Shown here one piece after another: positions 19,428 to 27,793 of a stretch of 64,000 bases of DNA; the first letter of the stretch is position 1; each line of letters begins with the position of its first letter. A model generated the notes under the pieces. The model did no database searches. It saw only the letters and a list, made by a program, of their open reading frames with translations, and had not been told where the DNA came from. Position numbers and translations under genes: made by a program. The DNA is taken from NCBI GenBank assembly GCA_016861265.1, contig BOLA01000001.1, positions 523,569 to 587,568 on the forward strand, in the 5' to 3' direction. This DNA is from Patescibacteria group bacterium. GTDB lineage: Bacteria; Patescibacteriota; Dojkabacteria; J137.

Positions 19428-20576
19428 TTATACGTCTCTTCTAAGTGGCATTAGTATATGAATATATTTACTGTCTGCTTTATCTTTAAAAATAGATGCA
19501 CTCAAAGGACCTTTTGTTTCAAATTTAAGTGTTTCGCCTTTAATATGGTTTACCAAGTCCTGCAGATATCTTAAGTTGTATGCAGAATTTAAATCACCTG
19601 AACCATCTACAGATGTTACTTCGATTACAGTTTCGTTTTCTCCAACTTCTGCAACAGAAGATCTTAATTTAATAGCATTACTTTCAATATCAAAATCGAA
19701 TAGTGTCTTACTCGATAAATTCGATCTTGCAAATGTATTTACAATCTTAATACCTTCTTCCAAATCACTTCTTTTAACTTCGAATGTATAGCTGAAAGAA
19801 TCAGGCATTATTCTCTTATAATCAGGATAAGGTCCTTCTATTAATCTTAAACTTATTTCAACATCATCAAATTTAAAGATAATCTGAGATTTATTTTCTG
19901 TAATATATACATTAACTGTATCTACATCGGAGTAGTCTTGTAATATTTTTACAACTTCTGCCATATATCTAGCTGGAACAATAATTTGTCCTGTTGCTAA
20001 ATCCTTCTTTAAATTTGTAATTTTTGCACTTCTTTTAGAAAGTCTAAAACCGTCTAATCCAATAAAAGAGATTTCTTCATCGTTTTCTCCTAATTCAAAT
20101 AAAACTCCCGTCTGTTGAATTTTGCCGGCACTGAAATCAGTTGAACAAGCAAATAAAACTTTATCCATCGAAATTATTAACTCCGAAGAAGATATTGTGA
20201 ATAATGGTTCTTCAGGTGTTGCAGGTAATGGAGGAAACTCGTTGCTTGGAATTGTTGAAAAATTTGCTTTTGATTTTGAGGTCTTTACTAATAAAGTACT
20301 GTCCTTAGATTCAATATCAACTTTATCAGAAGAAGATGCTACTACAAAATCAGCAATATACTTAGCAGATACTGTTGTACTGCCTTCTTCTTCTACTTTT
20401 CCAGGTATCCACATGTTAATACCCATATCCAGATTGGTTGCAGACAATTTAATATCTGTATTAGATACATCTAGTAAGACATTGGACAACACAGGAATAT
20501 TAGGTTTTGTACTAACTGCCCTAGAAGCATACTGTAAAGATTTAGCAAGCTTTGAATGATTTAAAGTGATCTTCAT
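19428..20576 (-). CDS. dnaN: DNA polymerase III beta sliding clamp
   Basis: MKITLNHSKLAKSLQYASRAVSTKPNIPVLSNVLL, with three-domain length of 382 aa. Confidence 0.88.
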   Translation of the reverse strand: MKITLNHSKLAKSLQYASRAVSTKPNIPVLSNVLLDVSNTDIKLSATNLDMGINMWIPGKVEEEGSTTVSAKYIADFVVASSSDKVDIESKDSTLLVKTSKSKANFSTIPSNEFPPLPATPEEPLFTISSSELIISMDKVLFACSTDFSAGKIQQTGVLFELGENDEEISFIGLDGFRLSKRSAKITNLKKDLATGQIIVPARYMAEVVKILQDYSDVDTVNVYITENKSQIIFKFDDVEISLRLIEGPYPDYKRIMPDSFSYTFEVKRSDLEEGIKIVNTFARSNLSSKTLFDFDIESNAIKLRSSVAEVGENETVIEVTSVDGSGDLNSAYNLRYLQDLVNHIKGETLKFETKGPLSASIFKDKADSKYIHILMPLRRDV

Positions 20577-21038
20577 AATCTATTTATTTTTTAATAAGTA
20601 GAAATTATTAGTATATAGGCAATGTCTATATGTGAATAACTTCGTGAGTCAATTGATTATATCAGCATATTTTTGATTTTGTATATGTGGATATTGTTGG
20701 TGGATGCAATTTGATTAATTTATGGTTGTATTCCCAATCCTTAAGGCTTTTACATTTTTTTTGGTGTGATTGAATACAAGTTCTACTTCAGAATAGTTTA
20801 AAAATTATCCTTATTGGACAATATTTGTAGCTATGTGTAAAACCACATAATGTTTTCACGAAATCATTTAAAATTTTATAAGTAATTCTATTTAAACCAA
20901 TTTTACCAATGTATATATTCAAAATACTTTCTGCAAGTAATATCTAGAATTCAAATACTCTTGGTAAAAGTTTGTAATACAAAAATATTGCCACTTTACC
21001 AAAACAAGTGTAATCTAAAAATACATTAAAAATGATAA
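20577..21038. promoter_or_regulatory. candidate oriC segment: AT-rich intergenic region with DnaA-box-like 9-mers
   Basis: TGTGAATAA (20631-20639), TGTGGATAT (20686-20694) and further degenerate boxes. 460 bp very AT-rich, sitting between dnaN and the cassette. Confidence 0.45.
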
Positions 21039-21866
21039 ATGGCTAAAATTAATCTAAAAATACAAAGTGAAGATAGTAAGTTAAATTTTGAGCAAGAGAT
21101 TTTATTAGCAGATGTAGGTTTTATAATTAGCTATCTATCAGGAAGTAAAAAACAAGAGATTGTTAAAGGACAGAACTTAATAATTAAACCACAAATTGCA
21201 ATAAATGATACAAAAGAATTAACTAATCTACTAGAAAGATATCAACCGAGAAGTAATGTTGAGAAGTTAGCTTTGTTTGCAACTTATCTTAATAAGAAAA
21301 ATAATGATCAGCCTTTTTCTGAAGACCAACTTAAAGATTTATTTGATTTATCTAATTTAAAAATGCCTGAAAACTTTAAAAGAGATTTGTCGATTGCAGT
21401 TGAAAGAGGAGTTTTATTTAAACTAAAAGATTCGAATACTTTTATTACAACAAATAAAACTAATAAAGAGTTAGAGAATATGCTTTTTAAACAAACTATA
21501 GATGAATCAACTATTTTCAAAAAGAAAAGGGTAAGAGGATTAACTGAAAGAGCAGAGTTAAACGACTCAATTAAATCAGTTCCAATAACAGGGAGTATAA
21601 AAGGGGTATCAATTAAATATAGAGAGCTTAAAAGTGGCTCTGAGCGAATTTTATGGGTGGTTTTATACCTTAAGACTCATGGAATTGGAAATGTTTCTAT
21701 TAAAGATGTTGAATTTTTGAGTGATAAATTAGGAAAAGTATTGCAGTCAAAGTATTTTGCAATGTATAACAAAACAAATATTGATGAAGGTAAAATTGCT
21801 AAGGTAGAAAATAAGTTTATTATTACTGAAGAAGGTGAGAATTATATTAGTTGTTTGAGTATTTAA
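21039..21866 (+). CDS. hypothetical protein
   Basis: 275-aa ORF, no recognisable motif. Confidence 0.5.
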   Translation: MAKINLKIQSEDSKLNFEQEILLADVGFIISYLSGSKKQEIVKGQNLIIKPQIAINDTKELTNLLERYQPRSNVEKLALFATYLNKKNNDQPFSEDQLKDLFDLSNLKMPENFKRDLSIAVERGVLFKLKDSNTFITTNKTNKELENMLFKQTIDESTIFKKKRVRGLTERAELNDSIKSVPITGSIKGVSIKYRELKSGSERILWVVLYLKTHGIGNVSIKDVEFLSDKLGKVLQSKYFAMYNKTNIDEGKIAKVENKFIITEEGENYISCLSI

Positions 21867-21901
21867 ATTTATAATATAATTAAAATAATTACCCGTTTAC
21901 T

Positions 21902-22690
21902 ATGAAAAATCCATTTAAACAAGAGAAAAACTGGAATAAAACAGTTCTTGCATCTGAACGTATTGCTGCAAAAAGAAAACTAGAAACACCAATCACATCC
22001 CTTCTTGGTAGATATGTACCAGGTCTAGAAAGACTTTCTCCGGAAATGTTTGACAGCAGAAGTAGATACCTAAGCAGACCAATTATAGGCAGAGATAGCA
22101 AAATTGATGGGGGTGTTTATTTAGGTGAAAGTGAGAGAGAGGCTTTAGTTGTTGATTGGGAGAGGTCTCCAAACATTCAGAAGCTTTACAACACAATATT
22201 AAATGGAGCATTAGATTGGGATGAATATAGACAATCAGGGAAGATGATATACAGAAAAAGCGATGAAGATGGTAAGAAAGGACTTATTTCTGTAGCTTAT
22301 GATGTAGTTACCTCTCATATGAATGGAAGAAATCCAGACATGACTGAAAGCTATATATACGAAAAAGGTTGGTTAATGGATAAGAAAGTTAACCTGGATC
22401 ATTTTGTTGAGGATAGAATTGGAGTTTGTAGACATAGAGCACTGGTATTAGGTGTAATTTTAGAAAGAATGATTAAGGAAGGTCTATTATCCGGTAAAGT
22501 TTCCGTTGATAGAAATACAGCTGAATATAGAAGGGGCTATGGCGGCCATGCCTGGGTAAGATATACTACGAGCTCAGGAAAAGTTATTATTTTAGATCCG
22601 ATGCATGGATACAAAGGGAGTCTTGAGAATGTTAAGAGAGAAAGAGCAAACGGTAATAGAGTTTGGGACTATCTAAGACCTAAAGACTAA
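21902..22690 (+). CDS. hypothetical protein with a transglutaminase-like Cys-His-Asp core
   Basis: GVCRHRALVLGVIL (Cys), GHAWVRY (His) and IILDP (Asp), in the order and spacing of the transglutaminase-like/papain-fold superfamily. Locally higher GC. Confidence 0.4.
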   Translation: MKNPFKQEKNWNKTVLASERIAAKRKLETPITSLLGRYVPGLERLSPEMFDSRSRYLSRPIIGRDSKIDGGVYLGESEREALVVDWERSPNIQKLYNTILNGALDWDEYRQSGKMIYRKSDEDGKKGLISVAYDVVTSHMNGRNPDMTESYIYEKGWLMDKKVNLDHFVEDRIGVCRHRALVLGVILERMIKEGLLSGKVSVDRNTAEYRRGYGGHAWVRYTTSSGKVIILDPMHGYKGSLENVKRERANGNRVWDYLRPKD

Positions 22691-22760
22691 CTTCTTCTTA
22701 TCAATTTGACACAACGAGGTATTCCTTTATTAATATTATTTATATTTCTTACCTTTTAAT

Positions 22761-23231
22761 ATGCCTACAAGCCAAGATCTTCAAAAAATTTTAAGAGAAT
22801 TTAATTTGATGGGTTACGCAGATACTTCTGCTAAATATATTGATAACGGCAAAAACGGAAAGATAATTACAAAGCAAATAGGGGAATATAAATACGAAGA
22901 TGAATTTTATGGTGGAGAACCATATTCCGGTAACGAAACAATCTGGTTTAACGGCAAAGACGTTTTTAGATGTGTATATTGGGGGAAAGTAGAAAAGGGT
23001 ATTAAGTTTGGCGATGTTTACGATTTTTTAAGAAAAGCTTTAATGCAGGGTCCAAATAATAATCTGGTTCACAGAGGTCCAGCAGAATTTATAGAAGGTA
23101 ACTTAAAGTACACAAATTCAATAGAAGGAACAATAGATGAGTTTAGACAAATAGAAAAAATATTTATTGATAACAAAGAAGTTTATATTGCTTACTTTTT
23201 TGGGGGTAGAGTAAATATACAGGAAGAATAA
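22761..23231 (+). CDS. hypothetical protein
   Basis: 156-aa ORF. Confidence 0.45.
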   Translation: MPTSQDLQKILREFNLMGYADTSAKYIDNGKNGKIITKQIGEYKYEDEFYGGEPYSGNETIWFNGKDVFRCVYWGKVEKGIKFGDVYDFLRKALMQGPNNNLVHRGPAEFIEGNLKYTNSIEGTIDEFRQIEKIFIDNKEVYIAYFFGGRVNIQEE

Positions 23232-23235
23232 ATTT

Positions 23236-23610
23236 ATGACTAGAGAATTTTTCGAGGGGAAAAGTGAACAGGAAATAATTACGTTTCTAAGAGATTTAAA
23301 AACACAATTAGATCAGGGGGTAGATATGGATCCGCAAAGATTCATTCAATATTTTTTAAACTTGTTAGGTTCTGGATTGGCAGAATCCAGAAACCTAGAA
23401 ATAAGAATGTTACTGTCATCATTGTGTTTTTCTTTCTTGCCTAGATTTCTGGGTGAATTTACTGACTCACAGATACTTGCGTTTGTTGATAATGAAAATG
23501 GACAAGCCGTATTAAACGAAATAATTGAAATAACAACAGTACAAGGTATTTCCTATAGAGATCATGTAGAGTTAACTATTAAGGCTGCAAAAGAAAGTAC
23601 CAAACTATAG
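23236..23610 (+). CDS. hypothetical protein
   Basis: 124-aa ORF, 4 nt after the previous gene. Confidence 0.45.
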   Translation: MTREFFEGKSEQEIITFLRDLKTQLDQGVDMDPQRFIQYFLNLLGSGLAESRNLEIRMLLSSLCFSFLPRFLGEFTDSQILAFVDNENGQAVLNEIIEITTVQGISYRDHVELTIKAAKESTKL

Positions 23611-25017
23611 TTATTCCAACTCATCATCAGGGCTGGCACTTTCGTTAATATTAGTAATTATTTGTGCAACCTGTCTGTTAAATCCATCTTGAAGCATCAT
23701 TTTGCTTTTAATTTTATCTATAGCGTGTAGTACAGTGGTGTGATCTTCTCGGTTTAAGAATTTGGCAACTTCTTCTAATTTGTAATTAAACTCTTCCCTT
23801 AAAATATACATTGCCACCTGCCTAGCTAATGCTAATTCTTTTGTTCTTCTTGGTCCTTTTAGATCTTTTACGGTTACTCCAAAGGATTTAGCAACTTCCT
23901 TCAATACTTTTGGCACCTTTACTTTTTCACGTTTACTTTGAGCATCTTTGCCAATTGTGTGAGCTACTTCTTCCATTGTTAAATCCCCATTAGGTTTCAT
24001 TTGATTGTATAAAGCAACTTTTTGTAAAGCCCCTTCTAATTCCCTAATATTATCGGTAACGGCTCTTGCAATATATTCAATAACTTGTGGCTTTAAAGAT
24101 ACTCCAGTTGTGTCAGCTTTTCTTTGTAATATCGCAAGTCTTGTTTCGTAATCAGGATTAGAAATATCGACAACCATTCCCCCCAACATTCTAGATTTTA
24201 ATCTTGATTCTAAACTTTGAATGTCTTCTGGTCTTCGGTCTGCAATAAATATTACTTGTTTACCTGCGTTATGAATTTCGTTGAATGTATTAAAGAATTC
24301 ATCTTGAGTTGCTACCCATTTACTAATTAACTGAACATCGTCAATTATTAATAAATCAACTTGTCTGTATTTCTGTCTAAAGGCCTCCATGCCACCACCT
24401 TTAATTCCCTTTACCATTTCATTTAAAAAACCTTCGGAAGAAATGTATTTAACTTTATACTTCGGATTTCTTTCAATCATTGATCTTCCAATAGATTGTG
24501 CTAAGTGAGTTTTGCCGACACCAGTTTTACCATGCATAAATAATGGGTTGTACAAAACACCGGGATTATCGATTACAGCAAGTGCTGCTGCATGGGCTAA
24601 CCTGTTAGAGTTTCCAACCACATAATTAGAAATTGAATACTTTGGATTTAAACCCGATTTATTTATTGTTTCAGAAACAATGCTCATCATTCCGTTTTCT
24701 AGGTTTAATAACGGAGCAGAATCCGGATCCTTTTCTTTTTGATCATCAGGTATTGTTTCGGAGTGGTAGACCTCAAAAATCGGATTTAAACTATCTCCGT
24801 AAACGTAACTTACAGTTTCCTTAATTAATCTTTCGTGTTTTGATTTTAACCACTCAAGAGAGTAAGGGTTTTGAACACCAATAAAGACATTTCCATTGTC
24901 AATTTTTAAGAGTTTAGTTCCTTGAAAAAAAGTCTTAAAAGTTGCAGGAGAATCGAGTTTTATTTCTATTTGAGCAAGCGTGGTTTTCCAAAGCTGGGCT
25001 GGATCTTTAATTTTCAT
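23611..25017 (-). CDS. dnaA: chromosomal replication initiator protein DnaA
   Basis: AAA+ Walker A GKTGVGKTHLAQSIG, Walker B LLIIDDVQ and a C-terminal DNA-binding helix-turn-helix. 468 aa. Confidence 0.92.
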   Translation of the reverse strand: MKIKDPAQLWKTTLAQIEIKLDSPATFKTFFQGTKLLKIDNGNVFIGVQNPYSLEWLKSKHERLIKETVSYVYGDSLNPIFEVYHSETIPDDQKEKDPDSAPLLNLENGMMSIVSETINKSGLNPKYSISNYVVGNSNRLAHAAALAVIDNPGVLYNPLFMHGKTGVGKTHLAQSIGRSMIERNPKYKVKYISSEGFLNEMVKGIKGGGMEAFRQKYRQVDLLIIDDVQLISKWVATQDEFFNTFNEIHNAGKQVIFIADRRPEDIQSLESRLKSRMLGGMVVDISNPDYETRLAILQRKADTTGVSLKPQVIEYIARAVTDNIRELEGALQKVALYNQMKPNGDLTMEEVAHTIGKDAQSKREKVKVPKVLKEVAKSFGVTVKDLKGPRRTKELALARQVAMYILREEFNYKLEEVAKFLNREDHTTVLHAIDKIKSKMMLQDGFNRQVAQIITNINESASPDDELE

Positions 25018-25086
25018 AGTATAATTGTTTATCTGTTGAATTTATTTTTTGTAATCTGAGTTACAAATCTATTATTGCACGAAAAT

Positions 25087-25102
25087 TTATCCACGTGGAT
25101 AA
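25087..25102. promoter_or_regulatory. palindromic pair of perfect DnaA boxes (TTATCCACGTGGATAA) in the dnaA / yidD divergent promoter region
   Basis: TTATCCAC consensus on both strands, 30 bp upstream of the dnaA start. Confidence 0.7.
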
Positions 25103-25147
25103 CCTATAATAGTAATTTGTAAAATTATTACTTGGTAATTAATTTTA

Positions 25148-25447
25148 ATGAAGAAGTTATTAAATTTTCTTTTAAATATTCCTAAATACCTAGGTTTAAT
25201 TTTGATAAGAATTTATCAAAAGCTTTTCTCGTTCGATCATTCATTTTGGGCAAAGTATGTGAATTATAGAGTTTGTATTTATCATCCTTCTTGTTCTGAA
25301 TACACATATCAGTCAATAAATAAATTTGGACTAATAAAAGGATCTATAATGGGTTTTTTTAGAGTACTGAGATGTAATCCAACTAGTGTGCCCGGAAACG
25401 ACCCTGTTCCAGATCACTTCAGTATTAAAAGAAATTACGTTGATTAA
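25148..25447 (+). CDS. yidD: membrane protein insertion efficiency factor YidD
   Basis: IRIYQKLFS...CIYHPSCSEYTYQSINKFG matches the YidD signature (RxYQ...C.Y.PSCS.Y). Confidence 0.75.
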   Translation: MKKLLNFLLNIPKYLGLILIRIYQKLFSFDHSFWAKYVNYRVCIYHPSCSEYTYQSINKFGLIKGSIMGFFRVLRCNPTSVPGNDPVPDHFSIKRNYVD

Positions 25448-26208
25448 GTATATACAATAATATCTGTGTGGTTTTCCTTCGCAAACTCCTTAAATTGATG
25501 AAGCCATTTTAGATGCTCCATTTCTATTGCTAGAATTCTTAAATCGTTTAAGTTGTTACCCTTGAGTAGAATTAATGAAGCATTAACTTCTTGGTCAATA
25601 TTTGCGAATTTGCCATAGCTCTTTTCATTCTTTTCGTGATTTGGAGCGAATATATATGCATACTTATTATGCAGTTTAAATTCTACTTCCTTATCGAAAT
25701 CGGTAAGATGGAATTTTGCCTTCCATGTTACTTTTCCGAAACATGCAGCAATATCCACATAGTTTAAGTAGTAATCTTCAATATTATTTGAATTTAGAAA
25801 ACTTATAATTTTTTGAATAATAAAAAATTTAAGTAGTGGAGAATCAAATTTAAAGTCATCTAGTTTTATTATTGTATGCTCCTCCTTGTTAAGCAGAAAA
25901 TATCCTTCCAGATTAAATTTATCTATATTTTTATTAAATGGATTAAATTCGGAATTTGTTGCCAGAAAGTACTTAATGCTTGTTTCAAAAAACTCAATAA
26001 AATTAGGACTAACAACAACTGGGAATTTTTTACCGGCGTTATTCAATTTATGAGCAGAGCTGTTTGAATACTTAGGGCTAAGATCACTTCTAAGTACAGA
26101 AATTAAATCAGCAATTGCATCTGCCAATTCAGAATCTATATTTTTTACAAATTCCAACTTTAATTCGTGGCTTAAAAAAGGAAAATGATAGGTGTGAACA
26201 TTACTCAT
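25444..26208 (-). CDS. hypothetical protein
   Basis: 254-aa ORF. Confidence 0.5.
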   Translation of the reverse strand: MSNVHTYHFPFLSHELKLEFVKNIDSELADAIADLISVLRSDLSPKYSNSSAHKLNNAGKKFPVVVSPNFIEFFETSIKYFLATNSEFNPFNKNIDKFNLEGYFLLNKEEHTIIKLDDFKFDSPLLKFFIIQKIISFLNSNNIEDYYLNYVDIAACFGKVTWKAKFHLTDFDKEVEFKLHNKYAYIFAPNHEKNEKSYGKFANIDQEVNASLILLKGNNLNDLRILAIEMEHLKWLHQFKEFAKENHTDIIVYT

Positions 26209-26246
26209 AACTCAAGTTTAAATCTATTCTAATATAGTTTAATATA

Positions 26247-26846
26247 GTGGTAGGAAAAAACAAACATAAGTTACAAATGGAACAGAATAGAATTTTCAAT
26301 TTACTAAAACCCGTACAACCACCTCCTACATTCTGGGATAAAACCTACGACTGGGTGTTAGGCAAAGCAAGAGTGGTTATACTAGTTACTGAACTTCTTA
26401 TTGTATTTGCATTTGTAGCAAAGGTAATTGTAGATACACAAGCTAGAGCTAAGGATGAGGAAATTGCAACCCTTAAAAGTGAATTAGGTTTTTATGCAAC
26501 GCAAAGAGAGCCTTTATTCAGAGATATTCAAAGAAGAGACAGTGCATATCAACGACTTTGGAAGAATGGAGCGCATTACAAAGAAGTCCTAGACGAAATA
26601 TATTCATATATTCAAAATCCTGGAATTCAATTAACAGTTACAGCTGAGAAAAATAGAGTAAGTATTTTAGGCTACGATGACTTAAGTGCTGTTCAGAACT
26701 TAGAAACTCAATTAAAGGCATCGCCTAGTTTTTCTTCTGTATTTGTAGACACTTTATCTTTGGAACAAAAGGAAATATTGCAATCTACTGGTCAGTACGT
26801 TTTGGTCGCAACATTAGCTGATTATAAAAGAGAGGACTTAAATTAA
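26247..26846 (+). CDS. single-pass membrane protein with a coiled coil (possible PilN-like pilus assembly protein)
   Basis: N-terminal cytoplasmic segment, one transmembrane helix (VVILVTELLIVFAFVAKVIV), periplasmic coiled coil. Confidence 0.3.
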   Translation: MVGKNKHKLQMEQNRIFNLLKPVQPPPTFWDKTYDWVLGKARVVILVTELLIVFAFVAKVIVDTQARAKDEEIATLKSELGFYATQREPLFRDIQRRDSAYQRLWKNGAHYKEVLDEIYSYIQNPGIQLTVTAEKNRVSILGYDDLSAVQNLETQLKASPSFSSVFVDTLSLEQKEILQSTGQYVLVATLADYKREDLN

Positions 26847-26847
26847 T

Positions 26848-27498
26848 ATGCCGCCTGGATACAGAAATGTAAATAAAAGGTTAAACGACCTACTTTCAAC
26901 TTCACAGAGTAAGAGTTACTTTGTTGGAGCTGTAACGGTTGTATTTATAGTAATAATGGCAATGGTAGGTATTTTACCTGCATATAGTGCTTTTACTTTT
27001 CAAAACGAAGAGAATGCCAAACGAGATGAGGTAATTGCAAAACTCACAACTAAATTACAAATCTCGCAAACCCTATCAAAAGAATACGATTCTAAAATAG
27101 ATGTTGTAAATTACTTTAAGGAAATATTTCCTGATAATCCGGATCAAAATGGAATAATTACTTTATTAAATGATATTGCACTTTCAAATAGCTCATTCCT
27201 TTCAAAACTATCGTTTAATAAAAATCCTAGCGTCTTGTTTGCACAATCAGGTTACGAGGAACAAATAAAGTCTCAGCAGGTGAGTATTACAGTAGAAGGT
27301 TCCCAGAGTGCATTACAAAATATTGTTAACGATATAGAAAGTTCTAGAAGAATGTTAAATATTCTAAATTTTACTTTGGATAGAAAAACGGCGGAAGATA
27401 TTGCAACACAGGATGGAATTTCGCACGGAGAATATGTTTTGAATGTTCAAATGGAATATTATTACTATACTAATTTAACAAGTACAGATACGTTATGA
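26848..27498 (+). CDS. single-pass membrane protein with a coiled coil (possible PilO-like)
   Basis: Transmembrane helix VGAVTVVFIVIMAMVGILPAY then a coiled coil. Adjacent to the previous gene. Confidence 0.3.
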   Translation: MPPGYRNVNKRLNDLLSTSQSKSYFVGAVTVVFIVIMAMVGILPAYSAFTFQNEENAKRDEVIAKLTTKLQISQTLSKEYDSKIDVVNYFKEIFPDNPDQNGIITLLNDIALSNSSFLSKLSFNKNPSVLFAQSGYEEQIKSQQVSITVEGSQSALQNIVNDIESSRRMLNILNFTLDRKTAEDIATQDGISHGEYVLNVQMEYYYYTNLTSTDTL

Positions 27499-27755
27499 AT
27501 AAATCCTGGATTCTTTTAATAATTACAGGGGTATTGTTTTTAGCTGGTGCAATAGCCTGGGAAGCCTATCAGAATTTTTCAGGGGCAAGAAGTAATATAG
27601 ATACAACATTAGTAGAGTATCAAAGAGAAACCTTATTCAGTAAGAAACTAGAGGACCATATTACCTCGGATCCTAGATACATAAATCAATTATCCAATAA
27701 TGACTCCACAGAAGATAGTTCTGGATTCTTTCCGAGTGTAACTGTAGACAATTAA
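27495..27755 (+). CDS. small membrane-anchored protein
   Basis: 86 aa with an N-terminal transmembrane helix. Overlaps the previous stop. Confidence 0.35.
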   Translation: MNKSWILLIITGVLFLAGAIAWEAYQNFSGARSNIDTTLVEYQRETLFSKKLEDHITSDPRYINQLSNNDSTEDSSGFFPSVTVDN

Positions 27756-27793
27756 AAGTCTGATTATAAGTTGGCTTACTTCCTTACTTACTC

